From assembly GCF_963921235.1 (NCBI RefSeq), contig NC_086097.1, forward strand, positions 94,490,001-94,554,000: DNA of 64,000 bases. The letters are read 5' to 3'. The translations under genes were made by a program, and so were the position numbers. The stretch is from Mobula hypostoma. Lineage: Eukaryota. Positions 26,106-38,535 of the stretch are shown piece after piece. The notes beneath the pieces are model-generated. The model saw nothing but the letters and a program-made list of their open reading frames with translations. It was not told the DNA's origin and made no database searches. Within the stretch, counting starts at the first letter, position 1; every line of letters begins with the position of its first letter.

Positions 26106-26589
26106 GACCCATACTCTACATCTACTTCCTGCAGCACATCAGTTCCTTTCAGTCTGTATAGAATGCCCATGCTTCACTTGGCCGCTGATACTGAGGCAGG
26201 CTTTGGGCAGAAGAGATTGAAGGATGGAGGAACAGTGCCCCCTACAGGAAAGGAGACTTACTTCAGCGGCCCTTGACAGGCCTGAGCTGGCTGAAGTGAT
26301 GTAACAGGTGCCAGACCAGCACCCAGAGCCTTAACGTAATAGGCAGTGTGCACTCGGATAGTCTACTTGGGAAGTGCCCTGTCTGCTAAGGCCTGGAGAA
26401 GTCACACTGCCCATATTTATTCATATTTATGGCTCCATCCCTGAAGTGAAGCATAAGAGATTATTGTCAATGGTTCCTCACCAACTCCTGGTCCTGATCT
26501 GCTCCATCCCACTCATATACCAGGCCTGTCAGCCCTCCGCCATTCCCAGAGCCACCTGCTCCTGACCTTCCTCACTGTCGGTCTGGAGA

Positions 26590-27880
26590 CCATGGACTAG
26601 TTCTCATGGGTGGGTCAGAGGTGGGGAGAGTAAGCAGTTTCACCTTCCTGGCATTAACATCTCAGATGTCCAGTCCTAGACCCAGCACAAAGATGCAATC
26701 ATGAAGGAGCTGCAACAGGTCCTCAGCTTTCTTAGAAGGTTAAGGAGACTCGGCAAGTCACCAAATACTCGAAATGATTTCCACAAACGTACTGTTAAAA
26801 GGATCCTGACTGGTTGCATCATGGCTTGGCATGGCAATACCAATGCACAGGAATGCACGAGGCTGCAGAACATCATGCGGAGCACACAGTCTGGTCCATC
26901 ACAGGCACAGCACTCTGCACCAGCGAGAGCCTCTATACTCTCGAGCCTCTGCACTGCCCCCTGAAGCCAGCATCTATCATTAAGGACCCCAGCCATCCAG
27001 TTCATAGAACACAGAAAATCTACAGCACATTACAGGCTCTTCGGCCCACAATGTTGTACCGACCATGTAACCTACTTGAGAAACTGCCTAGAATTTCCCT
27101 AGCGCATAGGCCTCTATTTTTCTAAGCTCCATGTACCTATCTAAGAGTCTCTTAAAAGACCCTATTGTATCACCTCTACCACCTTCGCTGGCAGTGCATT
27201 CCACACACCCACCACTCCCTGTGTGAAAAATTTACCCCTGACATCCCCCCCTTGTACCTACTTCCAAGCACCTTAAAGCTATGCCCCCTTGTGTTAGTCA
27301 TTTCAGCCCTGGAAAAAAGCCTCTGGCTATCCACACAATCATCATCTTATACACCTCTATCAGGTCACCTCTCATCCTCCGTCACTCCAAGCAGTAAAGG
27401 CCAAGTTCACTCAAGGCTATTCTCATATTCTACACTATTAGTGTATAGTGTATTCATACACTATTCTCATAAGGCACGGCCTCCAATCCAGGCAACATCC
27501 TTGTAAACCTCCTCTGCACTCTCTCTATTGTACCCACATCCTTTCTGCAGTGAGGTGACCAGAACTGAGCACAGTACTCCAAGTGGGGTCTGACTAACAT
27601 GCCTTCTTCTCGCTGCTACTGTCAGACAGAAGGTATGGAAGCCTGAATTCCCATACACCATGTTCAGGAACAGCTACTTTCTGAAGCTACCTGCACAACG
27701 CCAGCCCTACCTCGTGAATAGAACGCTACAGACTACCGTTGGACTTGTTCTTGATCGTGCCTTTGTTTCAGCTTGCTGTCACAGTCTTCACAGTTTCAAT
27801 GTGTGGCATAATTTCATGTATAATTTACCTGCAGGGTGTTTTCTACGCCACGTGCCTATGAAGTTGCACTGTACCTCACC
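26590..27880 (+). mobile_element. Rex1-type LINE fragment interrupted by an antisense CR1 fragment (about 27004-27598)
   Basis: ORF 26701 reads FLRRLRRLG...ILTGCIMAWHG and resumes after 27598 (FRNSYF). The nested piece carries the CR1 tail and an [11 protein letters not shown] motif on minus. Confidence 0.75.
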
Positions 27881-27884
27881 ATCC

Positions 27885-28400
27885 AGGGAGGGGAGACACC
27901 TCTGGTGAAGGTGTGGTGTCCATTCTGGGGCGGCTCACTCACCTTTGGTCCTCGATGGGCATTTAGCTCTTACCTGTGGCTCCAAGAAGTTGTTTGCTTG
28001 TGACAACAGCCCCGCCTCAGTACACCGCTTCGATAGGTGGCCTAAACCAGGTGACGGCAGTCAGTGGCCTCACGGCCTGGTGAGTTAAGGACAAGTTTGT
28101 CCCAGTATGCAAAGTCAGTTCCAGTAGACTGGGCAGATAAGCCCTACAGTGAGAAGCAAAGGCCAGGAAGGCGGTACTGCAACGCTCCGTGGAGAGCAAA
28201 GGGCACGACAAGACAAAGAAGGCATCATGGTCATCCACTGCAACCAGGGAAGACCTCAGTTTGTGATGCTTGTTGGTACCACTGGACCTGGACTTCTGAG
28301 GTCAAGAGAGAGGAAGTGCCCCAGTGCAACAGCTTCTCCACTTTAAAAAAAAATCTCCCGCACAAGTTCCTGTCATCGTCGGACACGATGGACAACCACA
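27885..28400 (+). repeat. Non-autonomous interspersed repeat, probably RTE-related
   Basis: Shares segments with 22727-22770 and resembles 5020-5412. Confidence 0.4.
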
Positions 28401-28578
28401 CCACCAGCACTTCACCACACTTGTACAGATGACTGTAAACTCCATTGACCTTGAAACAGAACTAACCTTACCACGCTGAGCACTTGCTTTGCTAGACCTT
28501 CTGAAATCTTATCTCCCGTGCTCTATCTCTCAATCACTCCTGTCTGGAAGATTGCATTAAATTGTATTCACTCACTTT

Positions 28579-30036
28579 AGAAACATAGAAACATAGAAAA
28601 TAGGTGCAGGAGTAGGCCATTCGGCCCTTCGAGCCTGCACCGCCATTTATTATGATCATGGCTGATCATCCAACTCAGAACCCAGCCTTCCCTCCATACC
28701 CCCTGACCCCTGTAGCCACAAGGGCCATATCTAACTCCCTCTTAAACATAGCCAATGAACTGGCCTCAACAGTTTGCTGTGGCAGAGAATTCCACAGATT
28801 CACCACCCTCTGTGTGAAGAAGTTTTTCCTAATCTCGGTCCTAAAAGGTTTCCCCTCTATCCTCAAACTGTGACCCCTCGTTCTGGACCTCCCCAACATC
28901 GGGAACAATCTTCCCGCATCTAGCCTGTCCAATCCCTTTAGGATCTTATACGTTTCAATCAGATCCCCCCTCAATCTTCTAAATTCCAACGAGTACAAGC
29001 CCAGTTCATCCAGTCTTTCTTCATATGAAAGACCTGCCATCCCAGGAATCAATCTGGTGAACCTTCTTTTTACTCCCTCTATGGCAAAGATGTCTTTCCT
29101 CAGATTAGGGGACCAAAACTGCACACAATACTCCAGGTGTGGTCTCACCAAGGCCTTGTACAACTGCAGTAGTACCTCCCTGCTCCTGTACTCGAATCCT
29201 CTCGCTATAAATGCCAGCATACCGTTCGCCTTTTTCACCGCCTGCTGTACCTGCATGCCCACTTTCAATGACTGGTGTATAATGACACCCAGGTCCCGTT
29301 GCACCTCCCCTTTTCCTAATCGGCCACCATTCAGATAATAATCTGTTTTCCTATTTTTGCCACCAAAGTGGATAACTTCACATTTATCCACATTAAATTG
29401 CATCTGCCATGAGTTTGCCCACTCACCCAACCTATCCAAGTCACCCTGCATCCTCTTAGCATCCTCCTCACTGCTAACACTGCCACCCAGCTTCGTGTCA
29501 TCCGCAATCTTGGAGATGCTGCATTTAATTCCCTCATCCAAGTCATTAATATATATTGTAAACAACTGGGGTCCCAGCACTGAGCCTTGCGGTACCCCTC
29601 TAGTCACCGCCTGCCATTCTGAAAAGGTCCCGTTTATTCCCACTCTTTGCTTCCTGTCTGCTAACCAATTCTCCACCCACACCAATACCTTACCCCCAAT
29701 ACCGTGTGCTTTAAGTTTGCACACTAATCTCCTGTGTGGGACCTTGTCAAAAGCCTTTTGAAAATCCAAATATACCACATCCACTGGTTCTCCCCTATCC
29801 ACTCTACTAGTTACATCCTCAAAAAATTCTATGAGATTCGTCAGACATGATTTTCCTTTCACAAATCCATGCTGACTTTGTCCGATCATTTCACCGCTTT
29901 CCAAATGTGCTGTTATCACATCCTTGATAACTGACTCCAGCAGTTTCCCCACCATTGACGTTAGGCTAACCGGCCTATAATTCCCCGGTTTCTCTCTCCC
30001 TCCTTTTTTAAAAAGTGGGGTTACATTAGCCACCCT
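28579..30036 (-). mobile_element. Young 5'-truncated CR1 LINE
   Basis: (TTTCTATG)n tail at the left end and an uninterrupted RT frame. Confidence 0.95.
28675..30033 (-). CDS. CR1 ORF2 reverse transcriptase, 452-aa 5'-truncated remnant
   Basis: NYRPVSLTS, YLDFQKAFDKVPH, GVPQGSVLGP, KIADDTK (IADD in place of FADD), LEYCVQFWSP. Confidence 0.85.
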   Translation of the reverse strand: MANVTPLFKKGGREKPGNYRPVSLTSMVGKLLESVIKDVITAHLESGEMIGQSQHGFVKGKSCLTNLIEFFEDVTSRVDRGEPVDVVYLDFQKAFDKVPHRRLVCKLKAHGIGGKVLVWVENWLADRKQRVGINGTFSEWQAVTRGVPQGSVLGPQLFTIYINDLDEGIKCSISKIADDTKLGGSVSSEEDAKRMQGDLDRLGEWANSWQMQFNVDKCEVIHFGGKNRKTDYYLNGGRLGKGEVQRDLGVIIHQSLKVGMQVQQAVKKANGMLAFIARGFEYRSREVLLQLYKALVRPHLEYCVQFWSPNLRKDIFAIEGVKRRFTRLIPGMAGLSYEERLDELGLYSLEFRRLRGDLIETYKILKGLDRLDAGRLFPMLGRSRTRGHSLRIEGKPFRTEIRKNFFTQRVVNLWNSLPQQTVEASSLAMFKRELDMALVATGVRGYGGKAGF

Positions 30037-30044
30037 AAAATGAC

Positions 30045-30820
30045 ACTTTTTAGGAAGGATGTGAAGGCTTTGGAGAGAGTGCTGAAGAGATCTACCAGGA
30101 CGCTGTTTGAATTAGAGGACATTGCAATCAGAAGAGGTTGAGTAAACTCAGGTTGTTTTTTCTGGAGCAGCAGAAACTGAGGGAAGAGCTGATAGAAGTT
30201 TATAAGCTTATGTCTGTCATAGGTGGAGTCTTTTCCTCAGAGTCAAAATGTCTAACACTAGAGAGCATTTAGTTAAGGTGAGAAGGAGAAAGTTGAAAGG
30301 AGATGAGTGGGGAATTTTTTTTCACACAGAGAGTGGTGGGTGTTTGGAATGCAGTGTCTGGGGTGGTGGTGGAGGCTGATACGACAGAGGTGTTCAAGAG
30401 ACTCTTCAATAAGCACATGAAATGGGGGGATACAGACCCTGAGCAGGCAGAAGAGAAGTCCAGACAACCTGGGATTGTTTCCATGGAGTATCGGATGCTG
30501 ACGGGTGACCTTAGAGACGTTTATAAAATCATGAGATTGTCTTTTTTTCCAAGCTTTGGGGTGGCTGCAGGTTTAAAGAGGGGGGTAAAATTTTCAAAAG
30601 AATCTGAAGGACAAGCTGTTCACACTAAGGAGTGGGTTTAACGGATGAGCTTCTGGAGGAAGTGGTAGAGGCAACGTTTACAACATTTAAAAGACAGTTG
30701 GTCAGATGCATGGATGGAAAACGTTTGGAGGGATCTGGGCCAGAGGGACTAGCTCAGGTAGACAACTTGATTGGTATGAACGAGTTAGGTCAAAGGGACT
30801 GTTTCGGTGATGTGTAACTC
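30045..30820 (+). mobile_element. Two adjacent degenerate CR1 3' fragments
   Basis: FFTQRVVGVWNAV and GDLRDVYKIMR motifs. Confidence 0.7.
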
Positions 30821-31080
30821 TGACACTGCTGTTTGTGGGGCTTCTGTCGCACAGGCTGGCTTGGTGTATATAAGCTGCAACAGAGAATAAAATCCAAATT
30901 TATTCCGTTGGCTGTAAATCCTATTGACCTGTCTTGAAAGGAATGTGGAAGCTTCAGAAAGGACACCAGCTATTACTTTTTCCTCCCTATGGTCAAACTT
31001 GTAACAACAAGTATGGTTAAGTTATGGCTACAGGGTTAAACTGATGTTCCTTTGGCCCCTTCCCTTTGGTTCATCTGGAT

Positions 31081-31246
31081 CAGGGGTGGCCAGTCTTTCA
31101 CATTCCATGCGTCAATTTTTTCACTCACGAGTTCAGATGCGCCATACAACTCTTGTACCCCCATTCAATTCTTGTAAAAATATGTTAATATAGAACTCGT
31201 GCGTGAAAAAATTGATGCGTGGAATGTAAAAGGTTGGCCACCCCTG
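31081..31246. mobile_element. hAT (Charlie-like) MITE, 166 bp
   Basis: About 55-bp imperfect TIRs (CAGGGGTGGCCA...TGGCCACCCCTG) and an 8-bp TSD ATCTGGAT/ATCTAGAT. Confidence 0.85.
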
Positions 31247-31829
31247 ATCTAGATGGTTAGGAGTTATTCCCGGATTTGGAGAAGTGACTTTAACTTTAAA
31301 GTTTTACCATTTGTCGCTGGGTTGATATTGCTTGTCACTGTGCTTTTTAAACATTTTTTTCCTCGTCATAGGAAGAAAGCCTTGAATGCAAGATTGTGGC
31401 GGAAAGCAGATGCACATGTGTGAGATACAAAATGTACTTTCAAGGTCAGTGATTGAGCTAAAAATTCCAGCACGCTCGATGTTAGATGAGGAAGCAGTTA
31501 ACCACTGCTTTACAGCTGGGCTCTGAACCCAGTGTGCATTTTTCAGTCCCTCGATCTGTCTGTACTGCAAGGGCTGCTGACTCACCGGTCTAGTGATCCA
31601 GGTTCAACTTGCTGTCTGCGTGGAAAGTACTTGTCTGCCCTTCCACGTCACAGGGAATTGGTAGGTTAATGAGCCACTGTAAATTGCTCCCAAGTACATC
31701 ACCGCTTTTGAAATTCCTAATGACTGACAGTTATAACAGTAGTTAGAATTTAGCAGCTCGCCCAGCCTGTTCCTGTTCATGATCAATTGCTTAAGTATTA
31801 TTAACAATCATTGTCTCTGACCCAACATC

Positions 31830-32495
31830 TATGGGCAGGGGTGGAGGAAGTGGAGAGGGAGAGGTGGGGGGGGGTGAGTGGGGGGGAGAGAGAGTTATGC
31901 TGGTAGATAGTGATGGGAAAGAGGGATGGGGAGAGGAAGGGATGGAGAAGAGAGTGATGGGAGAGGGAGAGAGATGAGGAGAGATTTGGAGACAGAGAGG
32001 GTGATGGGAAGAGAAAGATGGGAAGAGGGAGAGAGAGAGATGGGAAGAGAAATGAGGAGAGGGAGAGAGATGGGGAGAAGGAGAGAGAGATGGGAGGAGG
32101 GAGAGAAAGATGGGAAGTGGGAGAGATGTGGGGGAGAAAGAGAGATGAGGAGAGAGTGTGATTGGGGGAGAGAATGATAGGGAAAGGCAGTGAGATGGGG
32201 AGAGATATGGGGAGATAGAAATGGGAGAGAGAAAGAAATGGGGAGATAGAGATGGGGAGAGAGAGACAGTGAGAGAGAAATGGGAGAGAGAGTGATGGGA
32301 GAGGGAGTTGGGGAGAGAGGTAAGTGGGGAAGAGGGAGCTATGGTGGTGAGAGAGATGGGAAGAGAGAGTGAGATGAGGAGAGAGATGAGGAGATAGAGA
32401 TGGGGAGAGAGGGATAGGGAGAGAGATATGGAGAGATAGAGATGGGGAGAGAGAGATGGGGAGAAAGAGAGAGAGAGAGGGAGATGGGGAGAGAC
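31830..32495. repeat. Polypurine (GA-rich) low-complexity tract
   Basis: GAGAGATGGG-type units over about 660 bp. Confidence 0.9.
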
Positions 32496-32754
32496 TAAAG
32501 AGACTAATTCCAGTAGTTCAACAAATTTGTCTTTTATCCTCATAACAACCTCCTAGTATGAGGCAACAACACTGGAAGTAGATGGGTGAGTGATTAAATT
32601 CTACTTAGCACACGAAGATCGGAACTGATCATGTAGGTTTGATGATCACAGTATGAGATCTAGCCTAAGGCGCTGTTAAGCAATGGGACATGAATTCCTG
32701 ATGTGAACGTAACTTCAGTGAGCCTGTACACTCTCCATTGGAGGGAACTGGTAT

Positions 32755-33330
32755 AACATAAGACCACATGAAATGGGAATACAATTAGCCATTTGAGTCT
32801 GCTCTGCCCATTCCATAATGGCTGATCATTTTTTAAATCCCATTTTCCTGCCTTCTCCCTTTATCCTTTAACTCCCTTACCAATGAAGAACCTATCAGTC
32901 TCTGCCTTAACTACTCCCAATATCTTGGCTTTTGCAGCCCTCTGTGGCAACAATTCCACACATACAGCACCCTCTGGTTGAAAGAATTCCTCTTCGTCTT
33001 GGTTTTAAAGGTTCATATCTTTATGCTGAGGCTCTGCCTTTGGATCCAAGACTCTCTTGCTAATAGAAAACTCCTCTCATGTCCATCCAATCCAGGCTTT
33101 TCAGTATTTGGTAGTTTTCACTGAGATCCTCCCCTCATCCTTTTGATCATCCAGTATTGAGCACAGGCCTAGAGTGGTCAAACACTACGTACAGGTTAAC
33201 CCTTTCATTGCTGGGATTGCTGCTGTGAGCCTCTATCTGTACATTCTCCAGGGCCAGCACATCTTTCCTTAGACTCAGGGCCCAAAGTTGCTGACAGCCT
33301 TCCAAATGTGGTCTGACCAACCCTTATAAA
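32755..33330 (-). mobile_element. Degenerate CR1 3' fragment
   Basis: Homologous to 28600-29170. Confidence 0.7.
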
Positions 33331-34304
33331 CATCACAGATTAGCACACAGCTGAGGAGGTCAAAGCGATAGCAGAAACTGCTCAACAGATTCAGTCTGTA
33401 GTGAGTGTGTAGGGTGCACTGACGTGTGAAGAGAGGTGTACGTTGCGTAAACAAGTCATGTGATGCAGAGTGCGGCGTCCTCCTCCCGTGTATACACAGT
33501 GGTGTGCGTAATAAGTCTTTAGTGTACGTTATACAGTATATTCAGTACACAGCCTTAGATTGAAACTGATATCTTATAGTGGTTAGTATTCTCTTTTAAA
33601 ATGCATGCTCCTTTAAAATAAGTCTCAAAGTTGAAAGCCATTGAGTCAAATCCAAAATTCTCCCCAAGAAAACTAAGATTACGCTAATCTTTGTGACCTT
33701 CAACTGTCTCACCAAGTCATTATTTCTAATGAAGTTCCCAGCTCCTTTTCCCTTTACTGCTCTTTCCCACTCTCACTGCCAATCTTATTCCTGCTCTGTA
33801 ATCTCGTCCCTTGTAACTCCTGCAATCATCTAGTTGCCAGCTATCTTGCTGGGTCTAACCTTTCCCTTACCCACAATAATCCAATGACTCTGAACCTAAC
33901 ACAAAATGCCTTGTGTTATAAAATGGTTCACTGCACCCTAACATACATACACTAGCTTATTATCTAGTCAATTTCACACTCTTTCTCCGCAGTTCAGATA
34001 CTTGTAGCTGTTGAAGACTTAATTCCTAGATGAACATTATTACAGAATCCCGTTTCCCTATCTCTCGGGGATGTTGAATTAACTTCATCACACTTACTGA
34101 GTTAGCAAAATTCCACATCTTCTCTCTGGCTCTTCTGCTAAGTTTCTTAACCCTTCTGCTACTAAAAGCATTAATCTGTGGAAACTATTCATGACCCCTA
34201 CCTCCATAGATAGATAGGACAGCGAATCTGTACACAGAGTTTCCTCTCTCCGCATAGAAGTGCCTTGAGTGATACACTGTTGTGCAGGCAGAGTGACTTA
34301 CAGA

Positions 34305-34800
34305 TAGGAAGATTCACAGGAATGATCCCAGGAACGAAAGGGTTAACCTATGAGGAGCATTTGGTGTCGCTGGGCCTGTACTTGATGGAGTTCAGGAGGA
34401 TGAGGGGAGGTCCCATTGAAACCCACTGGACACTGAAAGGCCTGGATGGACTGGATGTGGAGAGGATGATTCCATTAAAGGAAAGTCTAGGATCCTATTC
34501 TCAGGATAAAGGGATATCCCCTTAAAATTGAGATGAGGAGCAGTTTCTTCAACCAGAGGGTAATGGAACAGTGGAATTCTTTGCTACGGGGGGGCTGTGG
34601 AGGCCAAATCATTGGGTGTATTTATTACAGAAAATGATATTTCCTGACGGGTAAGGAGGTTAAAAGTTACAAGGAGAAGAAGGCAGAACGGGTTTGAGAA
34701 AAACAAACATCAACCATGATTGAATGGGTGAGTAGACTTGATGGACTGAATGGCCTAACTGGCCTAATTCTGCTCCTTGATCTTTTGGTCACATGGTTAC
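34305..34800 (+). mobile_element. Degenerate CR1 3' fragment
   Basis: Reads RFTGMIPGTKGLTYEEHLVSLGLYLMEFRRMRG. Confidence 0.75.
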
Positions 34801-36339
34801 ATGGACCTGAATCAAGGCTAAATTATTATAACTTTCTTGGGCACTAATTTTTTGCTGGAGTGTGTTAAAGTTAACCTTCTGTGTGCATAAAACACACCAC
34901 AAAGCAGCAGGAGTAGGCAAATTGGCCCCAAGGTCTACCTCGTCATTCACAACTCAAGACAGGATTCATGCTTGTTTATCACGTGAACATCAGAACATGA
35001 CGTGAACTGCGTCATTTGTGTTAACAACCAACACACCCAAGAGTGTGCTGGGGGCAGCCCACAAGTGCTGAGATACTCCAGTGGCGACATAGCATGCCCA
35101 CCATACGCGACAGAACAACACAGACCATAGCAGAATAACAACAGCAGAATGAGCCCCATTCCTCCCTCCCTCATACTCAGTCCTCTAACCCCAAGATGCT
35201 CTTCAGCCTTCAGCTTCCAGTGGACTCGGATTCGGACTTGGACAGCTGATATTGGACCTTCGACTACCCCAGTAGACTCACAGAGGTTCACAGTCCCAGG
35301 TCTCAGGCCAAAGGACCTCAACTCCCAGATTTCCCATTTGACCTTTGGACCTCAGCCCTTGGCATCAACCACAGGATACACTGATCAACGACACCAGGCC
35401 TCGAACTTTGGACTTGCTGATGACAAGACCCCGAACACTAGGCCTCTAATTCCGTTCCCATCAATTCACAGATGTGAGGGGTGGTTGGTCCTCGTTCCTG
35501 CCCGCACAGAGCTCTGATTCTGGAAGCCTTGTTGGCCTTGAGGGAGCCACCGGCTTTCGTCTATGCTGGCATGTTGGCCATCCTGGCTCAGTCCCCAGAT
35601 GTCCCACGTTCATATCACTGACTTTTGAATGTGACATGGAGACTTAAGACTTAACACTTAAGCATGTTCTCTAATCCCCTCACATCCTTGTCCCTGAAAT
35701 CCTAATCTAACCCCTAATATCTCTCTCTGTTCCCAAAACCATGCCCATGAACTCAAACAAACACTGAAGAATGATGTAAGCTGAACCGCAACCTCAAAGG
35801 AGGTGGTACCTTCTCCCTGTGACCATGTGGGAATCCCCTGGGTGCTCTGGTGCCCATAGGACATCAAGCAGAATTTGGCCATTTGGCCCATTGAGTCTGC
35901 TCTGACGTATTTCTCCACATTGCCAAAACATGCAGGCCGGGAAGCTAATTGGCCACTGTAAGTTGTCTCCAGAGTGCCAGTGAGTGGTAAGATCCGGGAG
36001 GAATGGAGGGGGAATCGGAGAATAGAGTTCAGGATAGGTTAGAGGAAATGGGATATTTTTTTGGGCCAGGATAGATCTCGAGAAGTGAAATATCCTCATT
36101 TCAGAGCATGTTGTATGGAATACGGAGAGACTCCAATCTTCTGGAGATTTCGCAAAAGTATTCTACAAACTCACTTAATTTACTGTTTTACACCCAGCAT
36201 ACTGAGAAACCTGTGATTCCCCCAGCATGAGCTGAATTCAAACCAAAAATCCCCAGTGAAAGAACATTGCGGCCCATTCTTTCATAGCGTAGGCAGGAAG
36301 CACCATCAGGGCCATCAGGGGCTTTCAGAAGAACCGAAA

Positions 36340-36910
36340 AAAAGTTTATTGTCACACGCACTGAGAGACAGTGAGAACTTCGTTTTACATGTAATCCATA
36401 CAGACGCTTTCATCGCATCATCGCATTGTATGGAGGAAAACAATAACGGAATGGAGTGTTATGGTTACAAAGAAAGTGCAGTGCAGGGAGACAACAAGGT
36501 GCAAGGTCTTAATGAGGTAGATGAGGTCAGGAGTCCATCTAGTTGTAATAAGGAACTGCTCAGTAGTCTTACGACAGCAGCACAGGAGCTGTCCTTGAGC
36601 CGAGAGGTACACGCTTTCAGACTTTTGTACCTTCTGTCCAGCTGGAGAGGGCAGAAGAGAGAACGTCCTGCGCTCTTTGATTTTGCTAGCTGTTTTACTG
36701 AGGCAGCACTGAGTGCAGGTAGAGTGCATGGAGGGGAGGCTTGCTCTGGGACATGTTACGTAGTTTCTTGCTGTTACAATCCACGGTGCATGCAGACAGG
36801 TTGTTTTCTATGATGCATCAGTAAAAATTGAAAGGGGGGATGCCAAATTTCTTGATCCTCCTGGGCAAGGCGATCCCTGATGGGTTTTCTTGGCCACAGC
36901 CAGGGCATCT
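36340..36910 (-). mobile_element. Degenerate Rex1-type LINE 3' fragment
   Basis: Antisense homology to the 3' part of 53745-55310 and to 51700-52020. Confidence 0.5.
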
Positions 36911-37304
36911 ACCTGGCTGGACCAGGACGGCCATGCGACAGCTCGCCAATCGCACGACGGAAGCTTTCCTTCTCTTCATCAGCCTCGTGCTGACACTGAA
37001 CATCCACAGGGGATCTGGCATGATCTGGAGTGTGCTGCTCTCAATCAGCGTGTTGAACTGAACACAACTGTGGAAGACACAACCCCATGACCCAAGCACA
37101 CAACAGCAGGAAAGGCGGGTGGTTGGAAAGGAGAGGGGTTGTGGCTGGAGGGGTTAGGGATGGGAAATCGAGGTGCACAAAGGCAATCATCTGGAAAGGG
37201 GTGAATCTGCCAAGGATTTGTCATTTTAACAAGTTAAGTGTGTATCCAATTCTCCTCCTGGTAACACCATTAGCTTATATGAGAATTATAGGAAAGATGT
37301 CAAC

Positions 37305-37806
37305 AGAATAGAGAGAGTACAGAAAAGATTTACTACAATGTTACCTGGAGTTCAGCACCTAAGTTACAGAGAAAGGTTGAACAAGTTGGGTCTTTATTCT
37401 TTGGAGCATAGAAGGTTGAGGGGGGACTTGATAGAGGTATTTAAAATTATGAGGGGGATTGATAGAGTTGACATGGATAGGCTTTTTCCATTGAGAGTGG
37501 GGAGATTCAAACAAGAGGACATGAGTTGAGAGTTAGGGGGCAAAAGTTTAGGGGTAACATGAGGGGGAACTTCTTTACTCAGAGAGTGGTAGCTGTGTGG
37601 AATGAGCTTCCAGCAGAAGTGGTAGAGATAGGTTCGATATTGTCATTTAAAGTAAAATTGGATAGCTATATGGATAGGAAAGGAATGGAGGGTTATGGGC
37701 TGAGTGCAAGTCGGTGGGATTAGGTGAGAGTAAGCGTTCGGCACGGACTAGAAGGGCCGAGATGGCCTGTTTCTGTACTGTAATTGTTACATGGTTATAT
37801 GGTTAT
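37305..37806 (+). mobile_element. CR1 3' fragment
   Basis: Reads LSYRERLNKLGLYSLEHRRLRGDLIEVFKIMRG; (GGTTATAT)n tail. Confidence 0.9.
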
Positions 37807-37989
37807 AAGAGCTAGTATTAATCAGATGACTGAATGGACTTGCTCTCTGCTGCAAAATCCATTGAATTTCAATGTAATTGTCTTTATAAAAATCCAAGCT
37901 TCCATACTCAAACCCTATTCCACTTCTGTCCTTACTCTCATTCAAATTCCCACCACTTCCATCTCCATCATCGCCCTCTCTGCTTATCA

Positions 37990-38535
37990 CCAATCACTCT
38001 AACAAACTCCTACAGATTTACTGGTGGAGGTACCCTGACTGGTTACGTCACTGCCTGGTACGGCAGTTCCAATGTGCAGGAACCGCAGAGATTAGTGGAC
38101 TCAGTCCAGCGCAGCCCATTACAGACACATCCCTCCTCATCATCGATAGCATCTATGTGAGGCACTGCCTGAAGAAGGCAACATCCATGATCAAAGATCC
38201 CCACCATACTGGACTATGCCATCTTCATGCAGATGCCATCGGGAAGGAGATACAGAAGCCTGAAGTCCCCTGAACATCAAGTTCTTGAAAAGCCTCTTCT
38301 CTTCAATCATTCAGTTCTTGAACTAGCCTGTACACCCGGATATCTACCTCAGTATAATAATCACTTTCTACAACAACGGACTTTGCTTTTTTTTGGTCTG
38401 ATCATGTTCTTTCTTGTATAATTTTGTATAATTTATATTTTTCTTGTGAATTCTGATGATGCCGCTGGAAGTAAGTATTTCATTGCCAATAGACCCGTGT
38501 GTACGAAAATAAACACAACTTTGATTTTGACTTTG
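37990..38535 (+). mobile_element. Degenerate Rex1-type LINE 3' fragment
   Basis: Reads TLTNSYRF...LTGYVTAWYGS and PSGRRYRSL; AATAAA and (TTTGA)n tail. Confidence 0.7.

Noticed and set aside
31372..31444. Possible 73-nt plus-strand exon (tag|...AAG|gtcagt)
   Set aside because: It is isolated, with no recognisable peptide or partner exons.
31791..32543. 250-aa Ser/Leu/Pro-rich ORF
   Set aside because: It is an artefact of the polypurine/polypyrimidine tract.
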